The notes under the pieces: generated by a model
Seen by the model: only the letters and a program-made list of their open reading frames with translations
The model's database searches: none
What the model was told of the DNA's origin: nothing
Part shown: piece by piece, positions 1 to 9,751 of the stretch
Position numbering within the stretch: the first letter of the stretch is position 1
Layout of the letters: every line of letters begins with the position of its first letter
Made by a program: the position numbers and the translations under genes
Source of the DNA: Anaerolineae bacterium
GTDB taxonomy: Bacteria; Chloroflexota; Anaerolineae; UBA1429
Direction: 5' to 3'
Length of the DNA: 64,000 nt
NCBI GenBank assembly: GCA_050949345.1
Contig: JBMNFN010000001.1
Coordinates: forward strand, 706,931 to 770,930

Positions 1-1
1 G

Positions 2-910
2 GCTGCCGGGCGTGATCTGCTGCGCCCCTTTGTGGAGGCCTGCCACCGTGCCCAAATGCCGGTGGGCTTTTACTACTCCCTGCTGGACTGGCGCTACCCC
101 GCCTATTTTGCGGGACCCCGGCGCGACCCGGCAGGCTGGCTCGAGCTGGTCCAATATATGCACGCGCAGGTGCGCGAGCTGTGCACCAACTATGGCAAGC
201 TGGATATCCTCTGGTACGACGGAGGCTGGCCCTATACCGCGCAGGATTGGCGCTCGGACGAGTTGAACACCATGGTGCGCGAGCTGCAGCCCGGGATCAT
301 CATCAACAACCGGGCGCAACTGCCCGCAGACTTTGACACGCCCGAACAGCATGTGGCAGCCTCGGCGCCGGGCCGCCCCTGGGAGGCGTGTATCACGCTG
401 AACGGGAGCTGGGGCTATAACGCGGCGGATGACGAATGGAAGAGTCCCCGGCAGGTGGTCAGTACGCTGGTGCGTTGTGCCTCAGGGGGCGGCAATCTGC
501 TGCTGAACGTGGGCCCCAGGCCCGATGGGACCATACCTGCGGAATCTGAGCAGATTCTGCGCCGGGTCGGAGAGTGGCTGGATGTCAATGGTGAGTCCAT
601 CTATGGCACGGACCGCTCTCCCTTTTTCACCTCCACAGGCATGACCACGCTGCGCGGCAAAAGTTTGTACGTGCACGTGCTGCGCTGGCCCGGCAGCGAG
701 CTGGTGGTGCCGCGCCTGCTCACGCCGGTCAGCTCGGCACGCTTTCTGGCGAACGGAGAGCCCATCGCCTGGGAACAGCGGGGTGACCGTGTGTTCCTCC
801 AAGAGTTGCCTGCAGCAGCGCCTGACGATCTCGATACCGTGATCGTGCTGGAGCTGGAGGGTGAACCGCGGGCGTTAGATTACTTTGTCGATGGCTGGGA
901 GCAGAGCTGA
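2..910 (+). CDS. alpha-L-fucosidase (GH29), N-terminus lies upstream of the window
   Basis: The 32..910 ORF frame is open to the window edge. GH29-like motifs are present (DILWYDGGW, LLLNVGP). The C-terminal fucosidase beta-sandwich is encoded. Confidence 0.75.
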   Translation, partial: AAGRDLLRPFVEACHRAQMPVGFYYSLLDWRYPAYFAGPRRDPAGWLELVQYMHAQVRELCTNYGKLDILWYDGGWPYTAQDWRSDELNTMVRELQPGIIINNRAQLPADFDTPEQHVAASAPGRPWEACITLNGSWGYNAADDEWKSPRQVVSTLVRCASGGGNLLLNVGPRPDGTIPAESEQILRRVGEWLDVNGESIYGTDRSPFFTSTGMTTLRGKSLYVHVLRWPGSELVVPRLLTPVSSARFLANGEPIAWEQRGDRVFLQELPAAAPDDLDTVIVLELEGEPRALDYFVDGWEQS

Positions 911-1153
911 AGGGGCCCGCAGGGGTATTGCGGTCCCCGACGGTTCGATCACCAGTTACCGAGGGGCATCGCCCGTGGTGGCAAACGCGCTCTCGAGCCT
1001 CGCGTGCACGGGAACGGATTGCCGGACGGAATTAACTGCTGAGCCGGTGTGCCACCAGGCTTGCGGTGCAACGGTCCGAGACAAGCGCGCCGCGCCCGGA
1101 CGGCGCCGCATGCATTGGGTCGAGCGCTCCGAGCACCCTGCGTCCATCAGTAG

Positions 1154-1186
1154 AAAAAGCAGGAGGCCACCAAAATGGCCTCCTGC
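1154..1186 (-). terminator. Intrinsic terminator downstream of the AOR gene
   Basis: GC hairpin gcaggaggcc-N8-ggcctcctgc followed on the minus strand by TTTTT, immediately after the AOR stop. Confidence 0.6.
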
Positions 1187-1207
1187 AGTCTCTTGTCGTT
1201 CAGCAGA

Positions 1208-3076
1208 TCAGAGTTGCTCGTACACCCAGGCAATGTCCAGCTCCTGCAGCTTGGAGAGGGTCGGCTTGCCGGTGGCGGTCTCCCACCCCATCATGCCGTA
1301 AAAGGTCTCCTTGGCCTCTTCCAAATCCTCCGGGTCCACAGGCTGTTCGTTCACCTGCCCGCTCACAAAGTAGGTCTGCATGCGACGGGGCAGGCGATCG
1401 TCATCGCGGGTGAGGCCCTCACGCAGGTTAAAAGCGCGCGCCATGGTGACTCCGCGCTCCCCGGCCCGCATCAGCTCCCACACGTTGGTCTGCCAGCCGG
1501 TGATGGCCGATACGATCTCGGCCATCTGCTCGCGCGACCAGGCAAGGAACATGCAGCAACCCACGTGATTGTAGACCCACTGCCAGTTGCTGCTGTACAT
1601 GTAGGCGCGCACCTTTTGTGGGTTGAGCTCGTACCGGCCCACCGGCGTGTAGATACCGAGCTCCTGCAGGCCCTGACCGGGGGGATCCATGGTGAGCCCC
1701 TCGTCCCAAAAGTTGTGCATGTGATCCGCACCGGTGGGCGAGACGGCATAGCCCAGCGCCTGCCCGTGCCGTGTGCGGCACTCGTGCAGCGGAAAAGGTT
1801 GGCCTTTGACCGTGATGGCATAGTCCATGGCGCTGCCACCAATACGGCGTGCCGCATACTCCGGACCTTCGGCCAGCAGGTCTCCCAGCCCCTGACGGCG
1901 GCAGATCATCTCCACCAGCGTGAGCATCGATTCGGCCTGGCCAAAGGAGAGGTCCAGGCCTCCCGTATCCTCCCTGGTGAGCAGCCCCTTCTCGTAGCAC
2001 TCCATGGCAAAGGAGACCGCCATGCCGCAGGAGATGGTGTCGAGGCTGTAGGCATTGCACAGCTCGTGAGCCTTGCTCACTGCCTTGAGGTCCCCGATAC
2101 CACAGTTGGACCCAAAGGCACCAATGGTCTCGTACTCGGGACCGCCATAGATGGGGTTGATTTTCATGCCCGGCTCGTCGACCTGGACAACGCGCTTGCA
2201 GCGGATGGGGCAGGCATAGCACCCCTCGCGACCGATCATGATGGTATCGCGCAGGGTCGTGCCGTTGAGCTGCTCGGCTTGATCGAACTGGCCATCCTGA
2301 AAGTTGCGGGTGGGAAGCGCACCAACCTGGCTGAGGCCCACCACGCCTCCAGGAGTGCCCACGTCATGGCTGCCCCAGCTGAACTCTTTCCAGTTCTGCG
2401 TCATATAGCGCGCCAGCTCACGGAACTTGGTCTGATTGGCCACTGGCAGGCGCCCCTGCCCACGAGCGGCTACCGCCTTTAGATTCTTGGACCCCATCAC
2501 GGCGCCGGTGCCACTGCGACCGGCAGCGTGTCGCAGGTCGTTGATCACGCAGGCATACCGCACCAGGTTTTCACCGCCGGGGCCGATCATCGCCAGGCGC
2601 ACACGCTTGTCATCCAGCTCGGCCTGGATGGTCTCCTGCGTCTCCAGTGTGTTCATGCCCCACAGGTGGCTGGCATCACGAATCTCAACCTCAGAGTCGT
2701 TGATCCAAAGGTAGACCGGCTTTTCGGCACGACCCTGGACCACTATGGCATCATAACCGGCCTGTTTGAGTTCGGCACCAAAAAAGCCACCCACATCCGC
2801 GCTGCCATAGCCACCCGTCAGCGGCGACTTGCAGCCTACGGTGCTGCGTCCCGCCCCCGCGATGGGAAGCCCCGTCATGGTGCCTGTGGCAAAGATCAAG
2901 AGATTATCCGGGCCCAACGGGTCCACACCCGCGGGCATTTCGTGCAGCAGGTAATACGCAATAAAGCCATTACCCCCCAGGTAGCGTCGGTAAAAGCTCT
3001 CGGGCTTTTCGTCGACCCAGGTACTCCCGTCGGTCAGGTTCACGCGCAAGATGCGATTCTGAAAACCGGCGACCAT
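1208..3076 (-). CDS. Tungsten-containing aldehyde:ferredoxin oxidoreductase (AOR family)
   Basis: 622-aa product with AOR N-terminal and C-terminal domain signatures (MVAGFQNRILRVNLTDG start; GGYGSADVGGFFGAELKQAGYDAIVV; CYACPIRC 4Fe-4S ligand motif). Start placed at the internal Met that matches AOR N-termini. Confidence 0.85.
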   Translation of the reverse strand: MVAGFQNRILRVNLTDGSTWVDEKPESFYRRYLGGNGFIAYYLLHEMPAGVDPLGPDNLLIFATGTMTGLPIAGAGRSTVGCKSPLTGGYGSADVGGFFGAELKQAGYDAIVVQGRAEKPVYLWINDSEVEIRDASHLWGMNTLETQETIQAELDDKRVRLAMIGPGGENLVRYACVINDLRHAAGRSGTGAVMGSKNLKAVAARGQGRLPVANQTKFRELARYMTQNWKEFSWGSHDVGTPGGVVGLSQVGALPTRNFQDGQFDQAEQLNGTTLRDTIMIGREGCYACPIRCKRVVQVDEPGMKINPIYGGPEYETIGAFGSNCGIGDLKAVSKAHELCNAYSLDTISCGMAVSFAMECYEKGLLTREDTGGLDLSFGQAESMLTLVEMICRRQGLGDLLAEGPEYAARRIGGSAMDYAITVKGQPFPLHECRTRHGQALGYAVSPTGADHMHNFWDEGLTMDPPGQGLQELGIYTPVGRYELNPQKVRAYMYSSNWQWVYNHVGCCMFLAWSREQMAEIVSAITGWQTNVWELMRAGERGVTMARAFNLREGLTRDDDRLPRRMQTYFVSGQVNEQPVDPEDLEEAKETFYGMMGWETATGKPTLSKLQELDIAWVYEQL

Positions 3077-3165
3077 AACACACCCCCCCACTGACAATAC
3101 AGACAGAAATCTGCAGCATAGCGGATAGTAGGCGAGGGCGCGCCCCGTGTCAAAGCTGTGCCCGG

Positions 3166-3194
3166 TTGACACCCCCTGACCCGGATGCTATAGT
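3166..3194 (+). promoter_or_regulatory. Sigma-70 type promoter (TTGACA-17-TATAGT) for the fusion gene
   Basis: Perfect -35 TTGACA at 3166-3171, 17-nt spacer, TATAGT at 3189-3194. Confidence 0.55.
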
Positions 3195-3310
3195 CGCGCC
3201 GCGATGAGGGGAGACAACGCTGCTGATGCAGGTCGACCAGTCTCTTGAGCGCTACGATTGTGACCATTTCACCCAACCCGCCGGGCTGGGTTGCGCCTGA
3301 TGGGAGTATT

Positions 3311-5581
3311 ATGTCCACCATTAAGAACGGGCGCCAGCAGGTGGTCGCCTTTGCCGGTACGCAGGGGCTTGCCATGCTGGTGTCAGCTTACCGCGATGCC
3401 CCCTGGGACATCACCGGGGTTGTACCGCCTGCCAATGCGGGCGCGGCTTTTGCACAGTTGCATTCGACCATCGGCGCCAGCGCCGACGAAATAGTGATCC
3501 CTACGCTGGACCGTGTAGAGGTTTGCGCCGAACTCTCTGATGGGGAACATCTGCTCGGAGAAAGCGCCATCACCGAGGGCGCCAACGGCGCTGTGATCAA
3601 GCGGGTCTTTTTGGTCTCGGACAGCCCCGGTCGGCCCACCAGCGATTTTCGCCCTACCCCCGAGGTGCTGCAGGCCCTCGAGTCGGCGGATGCCATCGTG
3701 ATCGGTCCGGGGTCCCTGTTCACCAACCTGATCCCCTCCCTGTTGATCAAAGAGATCAACTCGGCGGTGCGGGCCAGTTCCGCGCGCAAGATCTTTATCT
3801 GCAACCTGATGACGCAGCCCAATCAGACCGAAGGTTTTTCCGTGGCGGACCATGTGCGCACCATCCAGCAGCACTGCAGCCTGCGCTTTGACTATGTGCT
3901 GGCGCACCATGGGGGCGCCATCAGCCCCGAGGTGCTGCAGCGCTATCACGAGAGCGCCGCCGAGCTGGTGGTTCCCCAGCTGGTAGTCAACGATGGCTCG
4001 CAAGTGGCCATCTTTCCCGACTCTCCGCAAGAAATGGTGCTGGTGGAGGGCGCCATCCTGATGTTGCGGGACCTCGCCATGGAGGTGTTGCAGAACGACC
4101 CGGTCACCGGCGAGCCGCACCTGGTGGTCCGGCATGATCCCGTCAAGCTGGGTGACGCGTTGCGCTCGGTGCTGCACGACTATGCCCTGGAGAAAAAACT
4201 CTCGGTCAGCCGGGCCATCTTTCGCGAGTATGACATTCGCGGCATCGTGGGCGCCGAGCTCACCAACTCGGCACTGGAGGCCATGGGCCGCGCCTTTGGC
4301 ACCTATATCCTGCGACGTACCGGTCGCGGACAGATCGTCATCGGACACGACGCACGCCCGAGCTCTCTGCCTTTCAGCCAGGCCGCCATTCGGGGCCTGC
4401 TGGATGCGGGATGCGAGGTGCTGGACATTGGCCAGGTGCCGACGCCACTGACCTCCTTTGCGGTCAACCATTTTTGGGTGGATGGTGCCATTCAGGTGAC
4501 CGCCAGCCACAACCCCGCTGAATTCAACGGGCTCAAGCTGCAGGTGGGCATGGAGCCCCTGGCTGGCGCCGAGCTGCAAAAGGTAGAGCGCCTGATCGCC
4601 AGTGGCGCCTTTACCAGCGGGCGAGGCCAGCATCTGGTACGCGACGTAGAGTATCCCTACCTGAACTGCCTCCTGCACAAGGTGAGCCTTTCGCGTCCTT
4701 TTAAAGTGGCGGTGGACGCCGGCCATGGCGTCAACGGCCCGCTGGCCCTGCGCCTCTTGCGCGAACTGGGTTGCCAGGTGGTGCCGCTGTACTGCGAACC
4801 CGATGGCACCTTTCCCGCGCACTCGCCCGATCCGGCAGAGGCCGAGAACCTGCGTGACCTCTCCCAGGCGGTTGTCGCACACGGTTGTGATGTAGGCATT
4901 GCCTTTGACGGAGATGGCGATCGTATCGGCATCGTAGATGAGCGGGGCGCCATCCTGCCGCCAGACGTCTATCTGCTGCTCTTTGCCCGTGAGGCGCTGC
5001 GCGCCGGCCCTGGCAAAGCGGTGTTCGAGGTGCGCTGTTCCGAGATGCTCTTTGACGGCGTACAAAAGTACGGGGGCATCCCTATCATGTCACGCTGCGG
5101 CAATACCTCCATCCTGCCGCGCATGCACCAGGAGCGAGCGGTCATCGGCGGCGAGCTCAGCGGCCATATCTTTTTCAATGACCCGCCCATCGAGTTTGAC
5201 GATGGCTTGTTCGCTGCAGCGCGACTGCTGGAGTATCTGGACCGGTCTGGCATCCCCTTGAGCCAAATGGTGACTCAGCTGCTGGAAGGGCTGCCGCGCT
5301 ATATCAGCTCGCCCGAGATCCGCATCGATTGCCCCGACTATATGAAGGATCAGGTAGTTGAGATGGTGCGCGATGCCTATGCGCACCAATACCGGGTGAT
5401 CGACATCGACGGCGCCCGCATCTACTTTGACGACCGGGATTGGGCCCTGATACGGGCCTCTAATACGTCGCCCAAGCTCTCGCTGCGTTTCGAGGCGCTG
5501 GACCAGGTCAAGATGGAGGCGATGAAGGCCTCCATGCACACCGAGCTGATACGGCACCTGCCCGAGGTCAGGCCGTTTTAG
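3311..5581 (+). CDS. Fusion protein: YvcK/GlmR-like (UPF0052, CofD-like) N-terminal domain plus phosphohexomutase (PMM/PGM/GlmM family) C-terminal domain
   Basis: N-terminal motifs AIVIGPGSLFTNLIPSLL and ICNLMTQPNQTEGFSVADH are typical of YvcK. C-terminal TASHNPAEFNGLK (phosphoserine loop), GIAFDGDGDR (Mg loop) and GELSGH (sugar loop) match the alpha-D-phosphohexomutase superfamily. GGGAG RBS sits 5 nt before the ATG at 3311. A longer TTG-initiated ORF begins at 3245. Confidence 0.8.
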   Translation: MSTIKNGRQQVVAFAGTQGLAMLVSAYRDAPWDITGVVPPANAGAAFAQLHSTIGASADEIVIPTLDRVEVCAELSDGEHLLGESAITEGANGAVIKRVFLVSDSPGRPTSDFRPTPEVLQALESADAIVIGPGSLFTNLIPSLLIKEINSAVRASSARKIFICNLMTQPNQTEGFSVADHVRTIQQHCSLRFDYVLAHHGGAISPEVLQRYHESAAELVVPQLVVNDGSQVAIFPDSPQEMVLVEGAILMLRDLAMEVLQNDPVTGEPHLVVRHDPVKLGDALRSVLHDYALEKKLSVSRAIFREYDIRGIVGAELTNSALEAMGRAFGTYILRRTGRGQIVIGHDARPSSLPFSQAAIRGLLDAGCEVLDIGQVPTPLTSFAVNHFWVDGAIQVTASHNPAEFNGLKLQVGMEPLAGAELQKVERLIASGAFTSGRGQHLVRDVEYPYLNCLLHKVSLSRPFKVAVDAGHGVNGPLALRLLRELGCQVVPLYCEPDGTFPAHSPDPAEAENLRDLSQAVVAHGCDVGIAFDGDGDRIGIVDERGAILPPDVYLLLFAREALRAGPGKAVFEVRCSEMLFDGVQKYGGIPIMSRCGNTSILPRMHQERAVIGGELSGHIFFNDPPIEFDDGLFAAARLLEYLDRSGIPLSQMVTQLLEGLPRYISSPEIRIDCPDYMKDQVVEMVRDAYAHQYRVIDIDGARIYFDDRDWALIRASNTSPKLSLRFEALDQVKMEAMKASMHTELIRHLPEVRPF

Positions 5582-5643
5582 GGATTGAACAGCCAGGAGG
5601 CCCGCTTTTGGCGGGCCTCCTGTTATCCCGGCACCGGGAAGGT

Positions 5644-6999
5644 TCACGCGAGCGGCGTGGCATCCGGTTCCCGCCACACGCTCAGGCCGTGGAGCACATC
5701 CATCACCTCACCCATGGTAGCCACTGGCTCCACAGGCACCCCCAGCACCTCGGCCAGGTCCTCCAGCGTCACGTCGTCCAGGGTATGTTCGCCGGTTTGA
5801 TCGAGCATCGCCCTGGGTATGCACAGGACGTCTCCCAGAGCACAGCCCTGCAACGCCGCCTGGACATCCTCAGCGGTGAGCAGGCCCGAAACTGTGACTG
5901 TCTCGCCAAAGAAACGGTTGGTCACTGGAACCACGGTGAGCTGTGCACCGCTGCGCTCTGCCGCCTCGGCGGCCAGCCTCTGCAGGACTGGCGAGATCAA
6001 TGTGCCACACACCAGGGTGGCATGCAGTCCGCAAAAGATACCCGACTGGAGCTCCGCACGCTCTGCATCCCAGTCCTCCAGCAGACTGCGAACCAGCCCC
6101 ACGCCGTTCTCGATCTGTGCGGGATCATCATAGTGGGCCGCAGGAGGGACGGGTCTGCCCGTCAGGAGATACAGCTCGTCCGAGGGAAAGAGCCAGGTGC
6201 GCCGGGTGCGCCTGCGGATGGTCGGACGCAGCCCCTCGGCCAGATCCAGAATGGCCGAGGCCGCTTCGGCATCCATGGGTCTGAGAGCAGGGTTGCAATG
6301 GCGTGTGAGTCCGACGGGCACGAGGGCCAGCGTTCGCACGGTCGGCCACATCCGCAACAGGGCCCGCACGGACTCTTCCAGCACGGCACCATCGTTCAAC
6401 CCGGGGACGATCACGATCTGCGCATGTACCTGAACATTCAGGCGTGCCAGACGCTCCAGCTGGGGCAGAATATCGTCCGCCTGCGGATTGCCCAGCAGGC
6501 GCCGACGGTCATCCACAGAGGTGGCATGGACCGAGACGTACAGCGGGCTCAGATGCTGCTCACCGATGCGGTACCAGTCATCCTCAGTCAGGTTGGTGAG
6601 GGTAATGTAGGCGCCGTGCAAGAAGGAGAGTCGATAGTCGTCATCGCGAATGTACAGAGAACCCCGCATGCCCCGGGGCATCTGCGCTATGAAACAAAAG
6701 GGACAATGGTTGCGACACTGCCGCACACCGTCAAAGAGCGGCTCGGCAAAGACAAAGCCCAACTCTTCGTCATAGTCGCGCTGCACCTCGACGCGGTGAA
6801 CGCTGCCATCCCGCAGGATCCCCAGGACCATTTCCTCATCGGCACCATAAAACTGATAGTCAATCACATCGCGCAGAGGACGTTCGTTTATCGACAACAG
6901 CACGTCCCCAGGCTCGACGCCGATCTCCTCGGCGATGCTGCCCGGCTGCACTCCAACCACGCGCCCGCCCGGCCGTGCGGCCCCCCTGGTGCTAGGCAT
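5644..6999 (-). CDS. Radical SAM protein with N-terminal PDZ domain (DUF512 family)
   Basis: CRNHCPFC (CxxxCxxC) radical-SAM cluster motif. N-terminal PDZ-like segment. The domain order matches the DUF512 Fe-S oxidoreductase family. Confidence 0.7.
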   Translation of the reverse strand: MPSTRGAARPGGRVVGVQPGSIAEEIGVEPGDVLLSINERPLRDVIDYQFYGADEEMVLGILRDGSVHRVEVQRDYDEELGFVFAEPLFDGVRQCRNHCPFCFIAQMPRGMRGSLYIRDDDYRLSFLHGAYITLTNLTEDDWYRIGEQHLSPLYVSVHATSVDDRRRLLGNPQADDILPQLERLARLNVQVHAQIVIVPGLNDGAVLEESVRALLRMWPTVRTLALVPVGLTRHCNPALRPMDAEAASAILDLAEGLRPTIRRRTRRTWLFPSDELYLLTGRPVPPAAHYDDPAQIENGVGLVRSLLEDWDAERAELQSGIFCGLHATLVCGTLISPVLQRLAAEAAERSGAQLTVVPVTNRFFGETVTVSGLLTAEDVQAALQGCALGDVLCIPRAMLDQTGEHTLDDVTLEDLAEVLGVPVEPVATMGEVMDVLHGLSVWREPDATPLA

Positions 7000-7681
7000 G
7001 GCTGCCGTCCACGCTGGACTGGGTCACCAGCTCCAGGATAGCCGCCACCACCTCCTCGATAGAGAGGTGAGTGGTATCCAGATACACAGCGTCCTGCGCC
7101 TGGCTGAGGGGGGCGTACTGACGCGAGCTGTCGATCTGGTCACGACGGGCGAGGTCAGCCACCACCTCTTCAAAAGGAAGCTGACTGCCACGCCCGGCAG
7201 ACTCGACAAAGCGCCGGCGGGCGCGCTCATGAAGCGTCGCATCCAGATAGATCTTGTGGTCCGCCTCGGGCAGGACCACGCTGCCGATGTCTCGGCCCAC
7301 CATCACTACGTTGCCCGCCATGCCAATGCGCCGCTGCTGCCGCGTGAGCGCCTCACGCACGCCTTGATAGGCAGACACAGGCGACACCTGCCGGTTCACC
7401 ACCGCCTCGCGAATGAGCCAGGTGATATCCACCCCGTCCGCCAGTACAGTGTACTGCCGGCCATCATCCACGGTGGGAGGCTGCACCTGGATGTCCAGCT
7501 GTTCCGCGAGGCGCGTCACGTCATCCTCGTCCTCGATGGCGATGTTCCGATCGAGTGCCGCCCAGGTGACGGCGCGGTACATCACCCCGGTATCAAAGTA
7601 CAAGTGCCCCAGGGCCTGCGCCACGCGGGCGCCAATGGTGCTCTTGCCGGAGGCCGCAGGACCGTCTATCGCGATAATCAT
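6992..7681 (-). CDS. cmk: Cytidylate kinase
   Basis: MIIAIDGPAASGKST P-loop and full-length similarity to Cmk. 8-nt overlap with the downstream DUF512 gene. Confidence 0.9.
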   Translation of the reverse strand: MIIAIDGPAASGKSTIGARVAQALGHLYFDTGVMYRAVTWAALDRNIAIEDEDDVTRLAEQLDIQVQPPTVDDGRQYTVLADGVDITWLIREAVVNRQVSPVSAYQGVREALTRQQRRIGMAGNVVMVGRDIGSVVLPEADHKIYLDATLHERARRRFVESAGRGSQLPFEEVVADLARRDQIDSSRQYAPLSQAQDAVYLDTTHLSIEEVVAAILELVTQSSVDGSHA

Positions 7682-7685
7682 GCCT

Positions 7686-8474
7686 TCAACCCCGCGTATC
7701 CTGTTCTGTAATGTTGGCCAGGCCCACCGCCGCCCTCAGCGCAGCGATCTCGGCGGCCGTCAGTGGGCGGCACTGCCCGGACTCCAGTGTCCCCAGCCTC
7801 AGACTGGCGATCCGCAGGCGCACAAGCCGCCGCACGGCGATGCCCAGCATGTCCAGTGCGACACGGATCTCGCGCTTGTGCCCCTCGCGCAAGGTGATAC
7901 CGATCCACTGGCAGCCTGGCGGTACCGGCTCGCCGCGCCAGCGCCACCCCGCTGGAAGCTGCTCCACCTGCAGGCGTGCCGGGCGGAGCTTGTCAGGCAA
8001 CGACACGCCCCGGGCGAGCGTCGCTCTTTGAGCGGCGCTGAGCTCACCCTCGATGAGCACACGATATTCCTTCTCCTGCTCATAGCGCGGGTGCGTCAGC
8101 CGTTGCGCCAATTGGCCATCGTTGGTCAGCAGCATCAGCCCTTCACTGTCCAGATCAAGCCGGCCCACCGGAAAGACCCGTGGGACAGCGGGCACTAGGT
8201 CCACCACCAGGGCTCCCCCGTGGGGATCCCCAGCGGAGGAGAGGTAGCCCACCGGTTTGAACACTGCGTAATACGTCAACGGCTCCGGCCGATCGATCGG
8301 CTTGCCGTCCACAGCGATGCGATCAACAGAGGGGTTCACCAGCACGCCCTGCTCGGTCACAATGCTGCCATTGACGGTAACGCGCCCCTCACGGATGAGC
8401 GCCTCGCTGCCTCGCCGCGAGGCAACGCCTGCCTGCGCCATCGCTTTTTGCAGGCGCACCCTGTCAGCGGGCAT
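7686..8474 (-). CDS. rluB: Pseudouridine synthase, RsuA/RluB family (S4 domain plus catalytic domain)
   Basis: S4 motif VASRRGSEALIREGRVTVNG. Catalytic VGRLDLDSEGLMLLTNDG with the Asp nucleophile. Start chosen at the Met preceding the S4 domain. Confidence 0.8.
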   Translation of the reverse strand: MPADRVRLQKAMAQAGVASRRGSEALIREGRVTVNGSIVTEQGVLVNPSVDRIAVDGKPIDRPEPLTYYAVFKPVGYLSSAGDPHGGALVVDLVPAVPRVFPVGRLDLDSEGLMLLTNDGQLAQRLTHPRYEQEKEYRVLIEGELSAAQRATLARGVSLPDKLRPARLQVEQLPAGWRWRGEPVPPGCQWIGITLREGHKREIRVALDMLGIAVRRLVRLRIASLRLGTLESGQCRPLTAAEIAALRAAVGLANITEQDTRG

Positions 8475-9558
8475 ACAGGGGCACCTCCAGCAACGGTTGT
8501 CCGGCGAGATAGATCTCCAGCGTGCCCACCGGCACATCCGGGCTGGGGCTGGCGGTAGGGTTGCTGAGCCGGCGCACCATGCTGACCGTGCCCATTTTCC
8601 AACGGGGGACCACCAGGGTCAGCGGCTCACGAAGCCCAAAGGCGTGTGGGTTACCATTGGTGTCGATGTATCGATTGAGCGGTGTATCCGGCAGCTCAAA
8701 ATAGAGCTCGGAATAGTTGGCATAGAAAAAGTCCAACAGCAGGGTTGAATCGGCGTAGCGGTCGGTAGAACCCAACACCACGGTCAGGGCATCGCCCTGG
8801 GGTCGTTCCACCAGAGTAATCAGGCACTCACCGGCCTGTTCCTCTGTGCCGGTCTTGACTCCTACAGCGCCCCGATAGCTCCTCAACATCTCGTTGGTAT
8901 TGACGAGTCTGCGGTCGGCAGCCACCGTGTCAGCCGTGGAAAGGATCTGACGCAGCAACGGCACGGATTCCGCACGGAGCGCAATTTGCGCCATATCCCA
9001 GGCCGAGGTGTAGTTATCCTCCTCGTCCAGGCCATGGGCATTGGTAAAGTGTGAGTTGCGCAGGCCGGCCGCCTCGACCCACTCGTTCATCCAGCTGACA
9101 AACACTGCCTCTGTGCCGCCCAGCCCACGGGCGATGGCGTCAGCCGCAGCATTATCCGAGGGGATCAGCAGCACGTGCAGCAGATCATGCAGCGAGCGCG
9201 ACTCGCCGACCTGCAAGCCCACCATGGTCCAAACCCGCAGATCCTGCTCACTGATGGTGAGCTGCTGCTCGAGCTCTCCGTGCTCCAGGGCCACCATCGC
9301 CGTTACCAGCTTGGTGAGGCTCGCTGGGGCTCGCCGGGCGTTCTCATTGTGTGCTACGATAGTTTGGCCGGTGGCTGGATTGAGCATCAGATAGGCAGCG
9401 GCTGTAAGCGAGGGCTCCTGCAGGTCGCTTATCAGAGCGAACTGCTGCGGGGTGACCCACTTGACCGCAACATCAGAATCCGTGATGCGGGGGGGGCCAA
9501 ACCCCAGCGACAAAGCGCAGAGGCACACAAGAGCGATGGTTGGGAGCAAAAGCCGCAT
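8464..9558 (-). CDS. Serine-type D-Ala-D-Ala carboxypeptidase (PBP5/6, peptidase S11)
   Basis: SxxK (ASLTKL), SxN (SDN) and KTG (VKTGT) motifs. N-terminal signal peptide MRLLLPTIALVCLCALSLG. Confidence 0.8.
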   Translation of the reverse strand: MRLLLPTIALVCLCALSLGFGPPRITDSDVAVKWVTPQQFALISDLQEPSLTAAAYLMLNPATGQTIVAHNENARRAPASLTKLVTAMVALEHGELEQQLTISEQDLRVWTMVGLQVGESRSLHDLLHVLLIPSDNAAADAIARGLGGTEAVFVSWMNEWVEAAGLRNSHFTNAHGLDEEDNYTSAWDMAQIALRAESVPLLRQILSTADTVAADRRLVNTNEMLRSYRGAVGVKTGTEEQAGECLITLVERPQGDALTVVLGSTDRYADSTLLLDFFYANYSELYFELPDTPLNRYIDTNGNPHAFGLREPLTLVVPRWKMGTVSMVRRLSNPTASPSPDVPVGTLEIYLAGQPLLEVPLYAR

Positions 9559-9684
9559 GCCGATCTCCAGGGGGCTCGTTAGCTTGAACCATTCTATGCA
9601 TCGATCGGGTGGCGTCAAGGCCGCGTGGGGCCAGCAGCCGGTCACGCAGAGGCAACGGCCAGCCCACGGTGGGCAAACAATCTG

Positions 9685-9713
9685 TTGACAGACATACCCC
9701 CTGTTGGTATACT
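9685..9713 (+). promoter_or_regulatory. Sigma-70 promoter with extended -10 (TTGACA-17-TGgTATACT)
   Basis: TTGACA 9685-9690, 17-nt spacer, TG at 9705-9706, TATACT 9708-9713. AGGAGG RBS at 9742-9747 precedes the ATG at 9752. Confidence 0.55.
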
Positions 9714-9751
9714 GTGCGGCGTTTCACAGGTTGGCATCGTCAGGAGGCTGT

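Noticed and set aside
1175-2482. 435-aa ORF on + strand opposite the AOR gene
   Set aside because: Antisense to a well-supported AOR CDS. The product is low-complexity and Ala/Gly/Arg-rich, typical of a high-GC shadow ORF. Long antisense ORFs at 3383-5065, 5608-7041, 9740-10945, 12931-13851, 18271-19419, 19591-21183, 21711-22964, 22983-23969, 28176-29792, 32788-34662, 38364-39842, 40223-41296, 42482-43939, 44330-45598, 57065-58702, 60593-61720 and 61660-62640 are rejected for the same reason.
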